Source: an uncultured Acidobacteriota bacterium
GTDB taxonomy: Bacteria; Acidobacteriota; Vicinamibacteria; Vicinamibacterales; UBA2999
DNA: 64,000 nt
Assembly (NCBI GenBank): GCA_963707795.1
Contig: OY970174.1
Location: 2,208,432 to 2,272,431, forward strand
Direction of reading: 5' to 3'
In this document: positions 49,868-59,100 of the stretch, piece by piece
Layout: each line of letters opens with the position of its first letter
How positions within the stretch are numbered: the stretch's first letter is position 1
The notes under the pieces: generated by a model
What the model was told of the DNA's origin: nothing
Databases searched by the model: none
What the model saw: the letters and a program-made list of their open reading frames with translations, nothing else
Translations under genes and position numbers: made by a program

Positions 49868-52276
49868 ATGGAGAGACTGTGGCAGGACGTCCGGCACGGC
49901 GTCACCCTGCTGTGGCGGTTTCCCGCCGTCACCATCCCGGCGCTGCTGGCGCTCGCGCTCGGCACCGGCGTCAACACCGCCCTGTTCAGCGTCGTCAATG
50001 CGGTCCTGCTGACGCCGCTGCCCTTCCCTGATTCCGGCGCACTCGTCCAGGTGTGGCGCACGGAGCTGCCGCGGCTGCAGTACGGATCGGCGTCGTATCC
50101 ACGGTACGTGGACTGGCGGACCAGCAACCGCGCGTTCGCCGAGATGGGCGCTTACGGGCCGGCCGGGCTGACGTTGACGACGGTGGACGGCCCACCGGAG
50201 CGGCTGGCCGGGGCGCGCGCGACGGCCTCGTTCTTTCGCACCTTGGCGGCGCCGCCCGTGGCTGGCCGCCACATCGCAGACGACGAGGACCGCCCGGGAG
50301 GCGCCCGCGTCATCGTCATCGGCGAGCAACTGTGGCGACGGCGTTTCGGCGGCGATCCGCGGCTGCTGGGCTCGACGCTGCGGATCGACGGCGCGCCGCA
50401 CACCGTCATTGGCATCGCCCCGGCGGCCTATGCCGAGATGTGGCGCGTCGAGGCCTGGGTCCCGCTGGCGAGGGCGGTCGATCCGGCCTCCCGCGAGTCG
50501 AACTTCCTCGTCGTCGTCGGGCGGCTGCGGGAGCAGCAGTCGATCGAGCGGGCGCAGGAGGCCATGACCCAGCTCGCGGGGGAGCTTGCGCGCGAGTATC
50601 CGGCGGACCGGTACGGGTTCTTCATGATGCCGCTGCACGAGGTGCTGACGCGCGGGCCGCGTCAGGCGCTGTGGATTCTTCTCGCCGCCACCGCACTCGT
50701 GCTCCTGATCGCGTGCGCCAACGTCGCCAACCTGCTGCTGGTACGAGGGGTGGCCCGGCAGAGGGAGATGGCCGTGCGCACCGCGCTCGGCGCCGGCCGC
50801 CGGCGACTGGTCCGCCAGTTGGTCACGGAAGTGGTCCTGCTCACGGTCACGGGCGGCCTGCTTGGCGTGGCGCTGGCGAGCGGGTTGCTCCGCGTGTTCG
50901 CGCTGGTGGCGCCGCAGAACTTCCCGCGCCTCGGCGCCATCGCGCTCGACGGGCGGGTCCTGGCGGTGTCGTTCTCCGTCGCCGTCCTCGCCGGCTTCAT
51001 CGCCGCGCTGCTGCCGGCGGTGCACACCGCGAGAATCCAACCCTCGGACGCCCTGCGCGACGGCTCCCGCGGGGCCACAGCCCGGCGCGCACGCCGCATC
51101 GGCCGTGCGCTGGTGGTCGGCGAGATCGCGGCGGCGGTCGTGCTGGTGGCGACCGCGGGGCTCACCATCCGCAGCCTGCAGCAACTGACACGGCAGGACC
51201 TCGGACTGAACACTCGTGACGTGCTGACCTTCACCGTCAGCCTGACGGACGCCCGCCAGCAGGATGCCGCAGCCGTCGCCCGGTTCTTCCGCACCATCGA
51301 GGAGCGGCTGCGGAGCGTGGCGGGCGTGCAGGCGGTCGGCGCCATCAACATGCTGCCGCTGGCGCAGACCGGCATGAACGGACCGGTGCGCGTACCGGAC
51401 CGCGTCATCAGGCCGGAGGAGTCGCCGCTGGCCGAGCTGCGGACGGTGACCCCGGGCTATTTCGCGACGGTGGGCATGCCGATCGCCGCCGGCCGGGCGC
51501 CGGACGCGCGCGACGTCGCGGACGGGCCACCAGTCGTCGCCATCAACGAAACGCTGGCCGGGCACCTGTGGCCGGGCGAGCCGCCAGCGGCGATCGTCGG
51601 ACGCCAGCTCGGGCTCGGCTTCGACGGCGGCAGTGGCTTCCGCGAAGTGGTGGGGATCACGCGCGACGTGCGGTCGCGACGTCCCGATGCGCCACCCGAC
51701 GCGGAAACCTACGTGCCGCACGCACAGATGCCGCTGCCATCGATGGCGTTCACCGTCCGGGCCATCGGTGATCCTACGGCCGTGGCGCCGGCGATCCGCG
51801 CCGAGCTGGCACAAATCGACTCGTCTGTGCCGATGGCCGCGGTGCGGACCTTCGAGGACGTGGTCGCGACGGCGACGCGGACGTCACGGCTCTACTCGGT
51901 CCTCACCGGGCTGTTCGGGCTGCTCGCAGCCGCGCTCGCCATCGTCGGAATCTACAGCGTGATGTCGTACACCGTGGCACAGCGCACGCGCGAGCTGGCG
52001 ATCCGGTCGGCGCTCGGCGCATCGCACGCCGGGCTGCTGCGGCTGGTGCTGCGCGAGGGCTTCATCATGAGCATCGCCGGCATCGGCTGCGGCCTGGCGG
52101 CCGGGCTGGGTGCCGCGCGGCTGGTCCGCGCGCTGCTCTACCAGATCAGCCCGAGCGACCCGGCCGTGTTCGTCCTGACCGCCGCGGCGGTGGCGCTCGC
52201 GGCGGTGCTCGGCTACCTGGTGCCGGCCATCCGCGCGTCGCGCGTCGCGCCGGCGACCGCCCTGCGGGCCGAATGA
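49868..52276 (+). CDS. ADOP-family duplicated FtsX/MacB-type ABC transporter permease
   Basis: 802 aa. MERLWQDVRHGVTLLWRFPAVTIPALLALALGTGVNTALFSVVNAVLL.PLPFPDS..LV.VW is the characteristic N-terminus. Two FtsX-like 4-TM halves. Confidence 0.85.
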   Translation: MERLWQDVRHGVTLLWRFPAVTIPALLALALGTGVNTALFSVVNAVLLTPLPFPDSGALVQVWRTELPRLQYGSASYPRYVDWRTSNRAFAEMGAYGPAGLTLTTVDGPPERLAGARATASFFRTLAAPPVAGRHIADDEDRPGGARVIVIGEQLWRRRFGGDPRLLGSTLRIDGAPHTVIGIAPAAYAEMWRVEAWVPLARAVDPASRESNFLVVVGRLREQQSIERAQEAMTQLAGELAREYPADRYGFFMMPLHEVLTRGPRQALWILLAATALVLLIACANVANLLLVRGVARQREMAVRTALGAGRRRLVRQLVTEVVLLTVTGGLLGVALASGLLRVFALVAPQNFPRLGAIALDGRVLAVSFSVAVLAGFIAALLPAVHTARIQPSDALRDGSRGATARRARRIGRALVVGEIAAAVVLVATAGLTIRSLQQLTRQDLGLNTRDVLTFTVSLTDARQQDAAAVARFFRTIEERLRSVAGVQAVGAINMLPLAQTGMNGPVRVPDRVIRPEESPLAELRTVTPGYFATVGMPIAAGRAPDARDVADGPPVVAINETLAGHLWPGEPPAAIVGRQLGLGFDGGSGFREVVGITRDVRSRRPDAPPDAETYVPHAQMPLPSMAFTVRAIGDPTAVAPAIRAELAQIDSSVPMAAVRTFEDVVATATRTSRLYSVLTGLFGLLAAALAIVGIYSVMSYTVAQRTRELAIRSALGASHAGLLRLVLREGFIMSIAGIGCGLAAGLGAARLVRALLYQISPSDPAVFVLTAAAVALAAVLGYLVPAIRASRVAPATALRAE

Positions 52277-52324
52277 CACGCGCACCGGCCGATCGGGCCG
52301 CGGCGCCTTTGGTAACGTTGGCGC

Positions 52325-52906
52325 ATGGCATGGAGCGCGGCGGCGTGGCTCATCAGCGTGGCGGCCGTCGTCGTGTCGGGCGCCGCGGCGTGGCGCGACG
52401 GGTGCTGGGTGCGGCGGCCCGGCCTGGACATGGGATTCGCGAACCACGGCGGCATGTGGGGCGACCTGCTGCTGCTGCCGATTGCCAACGCCGTCATCGT
52501 GCCGCACCTGTCGGTCGGCCCGTGGATCGGCGGCGCGCTGCTGGCATCGGCCCTGGCGTCCGCGTGGGTGCACGTCCACTGGTATCGCGGCTCGCACGCG
52601 GCGCACTCGTGCGAGCACATGTGGCCGCGGCGGCAGCATGGCGGCTGGGCCCGCGACCTGTCGCCGGCCGGCTGGCTGCACGTCGCGTACGTGACCGGCG
52701 AGCTGACGCTGCTCATCGGCTTCCTCGTGCACCCGATGCCAGCGCCGGTGGTGCTGATCGTCGCCGCGGTGTTCACCCTTCACGTGCCGATCGGGCTGCT
52801 GCAGCCGCGATGGTTCCTCACCGGCCGCGTGGCGTCGCTGGCGCAGCAGCCGCTGCTCGTCCCGTGTCTGGCCGCGCTGTGGATCGTGGCGGCAATCAAG
52901 CTGTGA
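52325..52906 (+). CDS. hypothetical membrane protein
   Basis: 193 aa with about 5 hydrophobic segments and several conserved-looking His/Trp residues. No domain recognised. Confidence 0.5.
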   Translation: MAWSAAAWLISVAAVVVSGAAAWRDGCWVRRPGLDMGFANHGGMWGDLLLLPIANAVIVPHLSVGPWIGGALLASALASAWVHVHWYRGSHAAHSCEHMWPRRQHGGWARDLSPAGWLHVAYVTGELTLLIGFLVHPMPAPVVLIVAAVFTLHVPIGLLQPRWFLTGRVASLAQQPLLVPCLAALWIVAAIKL

Positions 52907-52945
52907 CGGGCACAGGGCGGCCCACGACGCGGGCCGCCGTCTCGT

Positions 52946-55900
52946 TCAGTGGAAATCGTGTGATTCGATCGCCGACCCGGCGGCGAGGCCGTCGAGCCGG
53001 AACACCCGCTCGGCCCTGATCGCCGTGACGCCGTCCTGCGTCTGCACGATGCCCTCGACGATGAGGAACGGGGCTTCGACCAGGGTCAACCGCTCCTGAT
53101 CGTAGAAGTCGGGCCGGACGATGATGTTGGCGACGCCGGTTTCGTCCTCCAGGGTGAGGAACACGAAACCTTTCGCGGTCCCGGGACGCTGCCGCGTGAT
53201 GACCATGCCGGCGGTGCGCACGCGGCGGCCGGTACGCTCGCGCGGCAGGTCGATCGCCCGGAGGACGCCTCGCATCGAGAGCTCATGGCGGCGGAAGCTC
53301 ATCGGATGCGGGCCAATGGTGAGGCTGGTGCCGGCATAGTCGGCCACCAGGCGCTCGCCGGCGGTCATCGGCGCCAGCGGGGAGGCCAGCGCCAGGGACG
53401 CCTCCGCCTCCGCTCTCTCTGCCGTCGCGTCCGCCGCCCCTTCGACCGCCGCGGCCTGCCGTTCACCATCGTCTTGATCGAACAACTCCCCGGCCGGGCG
53501 AATGACGCGCTCGACCTGCCACAACGCGGAGCGGCGATCCATCCCGAACGAGTTCAGCGCCCCGGTCTCGGCGAGGACCCGGATCTCGTCACGGCGCAGC
53601 TTGACGCGGCGAGCCAGGTCGTCCGCCGACGCAAACCGGCGCGGCGCGGCCGTGTCTTCGCGCCACTGGTGCGAACAGACGTTGCAGAAACACTCGTCGC
53701 CGCGTTCGATCATCGACGGGTCGTCACAGCCGCACTTGCGGCACACGCTGGCTGCCGGCGCCGGGCGCGCCTCGACGTGCGGCGTGCGGGCGATCGCGCG
53801 TCCGGCTTCCTCGCGCAGGCCGCTGATGTAGCGCAGGCCGAGGCGGATGATGCCGCCGGGCGTGACGGTGCAGTCCCACTCGGAGAGCTGGACGTCGATG
53901 GGCGCGAAGCGGACGCCGCGGCGCTGCGCGTCCTTGACCAGCGTGGCCGGGTGATAGAACCCCATCGGCTGGTTGTTGAGCAGCGCCGTGTAAAACGCTG
54001 CCGGGAAATGGGTCTTCAGGTACGCGCTGGCGTACGCGAGCAGGGCAAAGCTGGCGGCGTGGGATTCGGGGAACCCGTACAGCGCGAACGACGTGATCGA
54101 CAGCACGATCCGGTCGGCGGCCTCGGGCGTGATGCCGTGGCGGGCCATCCCCTCGCGCAGGTGCACCTCGAGCTGGCGCATCCGCTTCTCGGATCGCTTG
54201 AACCCCATCGCCCGCCGCAATTCCTCGGCTTGTCCGCCGCTGAAGCCGGCGACGACCATCGCCATCCGCAGCAGTTGCTCCTGGAACAACGGCACGCCGA
54301 GCGTCCGCTTCAGCACGGGCTCGAGCAGCGGATGGTCGTAGACGACCGGCGCACGGCCGGCGCGGCGATCGAGGTACGGGTGCACCATCTGTCCGACGAT
54401 GGGGCCGGGGCGGATGATCGCGACCTGGACGACGAGGTCGTAGAAGCACGCCGGCTTGAGCCGCGGCAGGGTGGCCATCTGCGCCCGCGACTCGACCTGG
54501 AAGACCCCGATGGTGTCGGCCGCCTGCAGCAGGCGGTAGACCGCCTCGTCCTGCGGCAGGTGCGCCAGATCCACGCGCGCGGCCGCCGGCGCAGGCGCGG
54601 CAGCGACGGCCGGTGTCTCGGCGCCGGCGGGCGCGGCCGGCCGGTTGACCAGGGCGATCGCGTCCTGCAGCACCGCCATCATGCCCAGCCCGAGCAGGTC
54701 CACCTTGATCAGCCCCATGGCGGCGCAGTCGTCCTTGTCCCACTGCACCACGACCCGCCCGGGCATGCTCGCGTTCTCGAGCGGCACGACCGACGACAGA
54801 TCGCCCTTGCAGATGACCATGCCGCCGGAATGCTGGCCCAGGTGCCGCGGCAGGTCCTGCATCTGATACCAGAGCCGGGCGAAGTGCTGCACGCGCCGAT
54901 CGCCCGGATCGAACCCGGCCGCCGCCAGGTTGCGGCCGATCGTGTCGGCGGGGTCGACGAACTCGAACTGGTTCATCACCTTCGCCAGCCGATCGATCAA
55001 CGGCAGCTCGAGGCCCAGCGACTTCCCCACTTCGCGCGCCGCGCTGCGGCCGCGATAGGTGATGACGTTGGCCGTCATCCCGGCGCCGTGCGCGCCGTAT
55101 TTCTCGTAGACGTACTGGATCACCCGCTCGCGGCGATCCCCGCTCGGCAGATCGATGTCGATGTCCGGCCACTCGCCGCGCTCCTCGGACAGGAATCGCT
55201 CGAACAGCAGCTCCATGCCGACCGGATCGACGGCGGTGATGCCGAGGCTGTAACAGACGGCGCTGTTGGCCGCCGATCCGCGGCCCTGCACGAGGATGTC
55301 CTGCTGGCGGCAGAAATTGACGATGTCCCAGACGATGAGGAAGTAGCCGGCGAGATCGAGCTTCTCGATGAGATCGAGCTCGCGGGCGACCTGCGCGCGG
55401 GCGCGGTCGTGAAACGGCCGGTAGCGATCGCGGGCGCCCACCTCCGTGATCTTGCGCAGGAAGGACGCCTCGGTGTCGCCAGGCGGCACCGGATACGGCG
55501 GGAACCGGTAGCCGAGATCGCTCATCGTGAACTGCAGCCGGTCGGCGAGCTCGAGCGACGCGCGGATCGCCTCCGGGCGATCGGCAAAGAGCCGCACCAT
55601 CTGCGCCGGCGGCTTCAGGTAGCGCTCGGCGTTGGCGGCCAGCCGCCGCCCCGCCGCCGCCAGCGTCGTGTGCTCGCGGATCGTCGTGAGCACGTCGAAG
55701 AGCGGGCGGTCCTCCGGCGCCGCGAAGCGCACGCCCCCGGTGGCCACGACCGGGACGCGAAAGGCCTCGGCGAGACACGCCAGCGTGTCGTTGTCCTCCT
55801 CCTGATCGCGGCGGAGATGGCGCTGCAGCTCGACGAACACGTTGGCCCGGCCGAACAGGGCGACGAGCTGATCGAGCAGGCCGCCGACGCCGTCCCGTTC

Positions 55901-56311
55901 CGCCAGCAGCAGCGATCGCCCGGGCAAGGCGACCAGCCCGCCGGTGAACCCGTGGAAGTCCTCGAGCGTGAGCGCGCCGGCGCCTTTCGGCGCGCGCAGC
56001 TTCATGCGCGTCACCAGCCGGCACAAGTTGCGCCAGCCGTCGGCGGTTTCGACCAGGACCGGCAGGACCCACGGCAGGAGCGGCGGGCGGGCGCGCGCGA
56101 CGCTCAGCTCGGCGCCGATGAGGGCACGCAGCCCGGCCGCGCGCGCCGCCTGGTGCCAGCGCGGTGCGCCGTAGACCCCGTCACGATCGAGCAGCGCCAG
56201 CGCCGGATACCCCAACGCCGCCGCGCGGGCGATGAGCGTTTCCGGCAGCGACGCGCCACGCAGGAACGAGAACGCGGAGGACGCGTGGAGCTCGACGTAC
56301 ATCCCGGTCAC
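52946..56311 (-). CDS. dnaE2: error-prone DNA polymerase III alpha-like subunit DnaE2 (ImuC)
   Basis: 1121 aa. MYVELHASSAFSFLRGASLPE (PHP domain) ... GRGSAANSAVCYSLGITAVDP...PDIDIDL...; last gene of the imuA-imuB-dnaE2 string. Confidence 0.93.
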   Translation of the reverse strand: MTGMYVELHASSAFSFLRGASLPETLIARAAALGYPALALLDRDGVYGAPRWHQAARAAGLRALIGAELSVARARPPLLPWVLPVLVETADGWRNLCRLVTRMKLRAPKGAGALTLEDFHGFTGGLVALPGRSLLLAERDGVGGLLDQLVALFGRANVFVELQRHLRRDQEEDNDTLACLAEAFRVPVVATGGVRFAAPEDRPLFDVLTTIREHTTLAAAGRRLAANAERYLKPPAQMVRLFADRPEAIRASLELADRLQFTMSDLGYRFPPYPVPPGDTEASFLRKITEVGARDRYRPFHDRARAQVARELDLIEKLDLAGYFLIVWDIVNFCRQQDILVQGRGSAANSAVCYSLGITAVDPVGMELLFERFLSEERGEWPDIDIDLPSGDRRERVIQYVYEKYGAHGAGMTANVITYRGRSAAREVGKSLGLELPLIDRLAKVMNQFEFVDPADTIGRNLAAAGFDPGDRRVQHFARLWYQMQDLPRHLGQHSGGMVICKGDLSSVVPLENASMPGRVVVQWDKDDCAAMGLIKVDLLGLGMMAVLQDAIALVNRPAAPAGAETPAVAAAPAPAAARVDLAHLPQDEAVYRLLQAADTIGVFQVESRAQMATLPRLKPACFYDLVVQVAIIRPGPIVGQMVHPYLDRRAGRAPVVYDHPLLEPVLKRTLGVPLFQEQLLRMAMVVAGFSGGQAEELRRAMGFKRSEKRMRQLEVHLREGMARHGITPEAADRIVLSITSFALYGFPESHAASFALLAYASAYLKTHFPAAFYTALLNNQPMGFYHPATLVKDAQRRGVRFAPIDVQLSEWDCTVTPGGIIRLGLRYISGLREEAGRAIARTPHVEARPAPAASVCRKCGCDDPSMIERGDECFCNVCSHQWREDTAAPRRFASADDLARRVKLRRDEIRVLAETGALNSFGMDRRSALWQVERVIRPAGELFDQDDGERQAAAVEGAADATAERAEAEASLALASPLAPMTAGERLVADYAGTSLTIGPHPMSFRRHELSMRGVLRAIDLPRERTGRRVRTAGMVITRQRPGTAKGFVFLTLEDETGVANIIVRPDFYDQERLTLVEAPFLIVEGIVQTQDGVTAIRAERVFRLDGLAAGSAIESHDFH

Positions 56312-56335
56312 CAGTGAGCCGCCGCGCGACCCGCA

Positions 56336-58111
56336 CTAATCCACGACCCCGTCGATGAACCACTGGCCCACGTCACGCTCGACGAACAGGCGATAGACGA
56401 CGCCGTCGGCCAGCGCGACGTCCCATTCGTCACGATCCCAGCAGGACGGCGACAGAGCCAGGTGCGACGGGTGCGGCAGGTGCGACGGGTGCGGCAGGTG
56501 CGACGGGTGCGACGGGTGCGCGGGTGCGGTGTCGTTCCACCATTCGCCGGATGTGCGCCAGGGGCCGGCGGCCTGGAGGACCGAACCGCCGGTGAGGCCG
56601 CGGCGGTCGGGGGTGACGCGGACGGGGCGGCCGTCGTGGAGGTGGACGCGGGCGGGGACGGGCAGGCGGAACCGGCGCAGGGCACTCGACGGGGCGGTCG
56701 CCGCGGGCCGGGGGGTGGGAGCGCCGGCAGGCGGCAGCGCGAAGGGCTCCATGGCGAACACTCCCGATCGCCACGAGTCGAGCACGCGCGGCGAGCCGAC
56801 GTGCGTGTGGCCCATCAACGCCGACAGGCGCGCCAGGAGCGTGGACACCTGCTCGGGCGACGGCTGCGCCCGCTCGAAGAGCCGCCACTGGGTCACGCGG
56901 GCGGGCGTCGGCTCGACGAGCACGCGCACACGATCGATCGCGGCTGGCGGCGGATGCGATTCCAGATCGAGCAGGATCAGCGTGCGCAGCGTCTTCGGAT
57001 CGCGCATCGGCGCCGGCAACTCCAGCGCGCGCGCATGCACGGCTTTGGTCACCAGCCGCAAATGCGTGTGCAACACCGCCGCCCCGCGGCCGGCACGCGC
57101 CAGCCGCTCGGCCAGCGGCTCGAGCAGCCGGCCGAGCACGAACGACAGCGGCTCGAGCCCCTCGATCGGCCACTCGAGATCGAGCGACCCCTCGAACGGC
57201 TCCTCCGGGATCCACGGCACCAGCGGACCGGTGTCGTCCCCGCGCGCCAGCCGCTGCCACGACACCCCGCGCGCGCCGAGCCGCTCGTAAACGTCCCCCG
57301 CCGGCAACGCCGCCAGGGCACCGCAGGTCCTGATCCCCCAGCGGCGGAGGATTGAGGAAACGGGTGCGACGGGTGCGACGGGTGCGACAGGTGCGGCAGG
57401 TGCGGTGACCGTTTCCGTGGCGCGGCGCAGGCGGCGGCTCGCCGCGGCGGCATGCGCGTCGCGCGGGTGCTTCCAGCCACCACCTCCGTGCGTGGCACGC
57501 GCGGCGTCGGACGCGCGCTCGAGCGACGCCTGGAAATACGGCAGCGCATCGGACATCTCCGCGACGTGCGGCGGAGTCGTCGACGTGCCGGCCGGCGTCT
57601 CACGCGAATAGCCGGCCGCTCCGCGAGTGGCAGCCGCTGGTCGATCGCCGGTCGCTCGGCGAGTGGCAGCCGTCCCTCGATCGTCGATCGCCCGACGCAT
57701 TGCAGCCGCTGGGATGGCCGGGGCCAGACGCAGGCGGTCGAAATCTTCCAGCACGGAAACCGGCTGCGCGGCGAGCACCTCGCGCATGTCATCCGCCGAC
57801 ACCACGGTCAGCCCGGCACGACCCAGTGCCAGCAGCGCCGCGGCCGTCTGCGTCGGCGCCACCGCGATGCGCGCCGGGCCACCGGCCCGGCCATCCACGG
57901 GCCCGTGTCCCGGCACGGACACGGGGAGACGGTCGGCACAGGCCCGCCGCAACTGCTCGCCAATCTCGCGCGGCGAGCCCAGCAGCCGCGACAGGCCGCT
58001 GATGTCGAGCATCACCAGCGACCCCACCACTTCGAAGCGCGGCGTGAAGTCCTGGGCGACGGCCACCAGCGCGTCCACGGATGCGGCGCGCGCATACAGG
58101 CAGGCAAACAT
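56336..58111 (-). CDS. imuB: ImuB (Y-family polymerase-like, mutagenesis cassette)
   Basis: The real start is M55 of the track ORF (MFACLYARAAS..., ATG at 58111). C-terminal ...GPWRTSGEWW...RDEWDVALADGVVYRLFVERDVGQWFIDGVVD is typical of ImuB. Carries two nonamer tandem-repeat inserts. Confidence 0.85.
   Translation of the reverse strand: MFACLYARAASVDALVAVAQDFTPRFEVVGSLVMLDISGLSRLLGSPREIGEQLRRACADRLPVSVPGHGPVDGRAGGPARIAVAPTQTAAALLALGRAGLTVVSADDMREVLAAQPVSVLEDFDRLRLAPAIPAAAMRRAIDDRGTAATRRATGDRPAAATRGAAGYSRETPAGTSTTPPHVAEMSDALPYFQASLERASDAARATHGGGGWKHPRDAHAAAASRRLRRATETVTAPAAPVAPVAPVAPVSSILRRWGIRTCGALAALPAGDVYERLGARGVSWQRLARGDDTGPLVPWIPEEPFEGSLDLEWPIEGLEPLSFVLGRLLEPLAERLARAGRGAAVLHTHLRLVTKAVHARALELPAPMRDPKTLRTLILLDLESHPPPAAIDRVRVLVEPTPARVTQWRLFERAQPSPEQVSTLLARLSALMGHTHVGSPRVLDSWRSGVFAMEPFALPPAGAPTPRPAATAPSSALRRFRLPVPARVHLHDGRPVRVTPDRRGLTGGSVLQAAGPWRTSGEWWNDTAPAHPSHPSHLPHPSHLPHPSHLALSPSCWDRDEWDVALADGVVYRLFVERDVGQWFIDGVVD
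56462..56524. repeat. 9-bp tandem repeat (7 units of GTGCGACGG/GTGCGGCAG) inside imuB, encoding (HPS/HLP)n
   Basis: GTGCGACGG GTGCGGCAG GTGCGACGG GTGCGGCAG GTGCGACGG GTGCGACGG GTGCGCGGG. Translated on the minus strand as AHPSHPSHLPHPSHLPHPSHL. Confidence 0.9.
57363..57407. repeat. second array of the same 9-bp unit (5 units) inside imuB, read in a different frame, encoding (APV)n
   Basis: GTGCGACGG GTGCGACGG GTGCGACAG GTGCGGCAG GTGCGGTGA. Translated as TAPAAPVAPVAPVAPV. The phase relative to the imuB frame differs by 1 nt from the 56462 array. Confidence 0.9.
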
Positions 58112-58115
58112 GGCG

Positions 58116-59000
58116 CTACTCCCCCACCACGACGTCACGCGCGATCGTGTGCAGCGCCACCGTCCCGTGCACCGCCCGGCGCGGCGAGGACAGGCGGGTG
58201 GTGATCGACAACCCCGACAGCCGGCGGTTGCGATCGTGCGACCCCGACCAGCGCGCACCCGTCGGCCCGGCAATGCCGATCCGGTCCGGCCCCACCGGGC
58301 CGGTCGCGATCGTCACCCCGCCGGCACTGCGGGCGAGCGGCACCGGCCCCATCACCAGACATGCCGTGTCGGTGCCTTCGACGATGCGCTGCAGGCGAAG
58401 CCAGGTGGTGAGCGGGACGCGGCGGAGCCCGGCGATCGGCACGTCGGCCCCGTCCCATACGACCGCCGTGCACACCCCGGACTGCAGGACGAGGTTGAGC
58501 GCCTTCAGCGCGCGATCGATCGTCCGCTCGAGGAGCGTGCCCGGTCCCTCGACGGCGCGGGCGCCCGGCAGCCACGCCGGATCGACCGCCGCCGTCGTCC
58601 TGGTGATCGCCTGCCCGCGCACCCAGAGCAGACGCGAGAGATCGATGCCGCACGCCGTGGCACTCGCGGGATCGAACCGGTCGAAGGTATCGATGAGCGC
58701 CACCGCCTCGCCGCGGGCCGTGGCCGCACCAAGCCACGCCCACGCCAGGCTGGTGCGCCCCGACGACACCGGTCCGACCAGCTCCGAGATCTGCCCACGG
58801 CGCAACCCCCCGGCCAGCCGGGTGTCGAGCGCGGACAGCCCGAACGGCGCCAGCGTGTCCGTCCCGGTGTCTCCGGGGAGCGCGGTGGTCAGGGTGCGAT
58901 CGAGCTTGCGCTCCCGCAGCAGCGCTTCGAGACGGCCGTACGCGGTCTGCGCTGTGGTGAGGGCCGGCGCCGGGAGGGTGGTCGGGGAAACGGAGGCCAT
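58116..59000 (-). CDS. imuA: ImuA (RecA/SulA-fold mutagenesis protein)
   Basis: 294 aa. ...GLSALDTRLAGGLRRGQISELVGPVSSGRTSLAWAWLGAATARGEAVALID... (degenerate RecA-like P-loop region). Its stop lies 4 nt before the imuB ATG. Confidence 0.75.
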   Translation of the reverse strand: MASVSPTTLPAPALTTAQTAYGRLEALLRERKLDRTLTTALPGDTGTDTLAPFGLSALDTRLAGGLRRGQISELVGPVSSGRTSLAWAWLGAATARGEAVALIDTFDRFDPASATACGIDLSRLLWVRGQAITRTTAAVDPAWLPGARAVEGPGTLLERTIDRALKALNLVLQSGVCTAVVWDGADVPIAGLRRVPLTTWLRLQRIVEGTDTACLVMGPVPLARSAGGVTIATGPVGPDRIGIAGPTGARWSGSHDRNRRLSGLSITTRLSSPRRAVHGTVALHTIARDVVVGE

Positions 59001-59013
59001 GGGTCAGGTCCTT

Positions 59014-59063
59014 TTCGTCAGACTTTCGCCATTGGTTATAGGAGAATAAAAAGCGAAAGTCAA
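59014..59063 (-). promoter_or_regulatory. putative imuA promoter with overlapping operator repeats
   Basis: On the minus strand, TTGACT (59063-59058) - 17 nt - TATAAC (59040-59035). The 9-bp perfect inverted repeat GACTTTCGC/GCGAAAGTC (59021-59029 and 59053-59061) brackets the -35 and the start region. TTCG-N7-TTCG direct repeat at 59014-59028. AAGGA RBS before the ATG at 59000. Confidence 0.55.
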
Positions 59064-59100
59064 GCCGCGTCCTGACCCGACCTGCTAGGATCCATCCGTC

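Noticed and set aside
56462-56524. Regularly spaced short repeats that might suggest a CRISPR-like array.
   Set aside because: The units are contiguous 9-mers without spacers, lie inside the imuB reading frame and encode a peptide repeat. This is not CRISPR.
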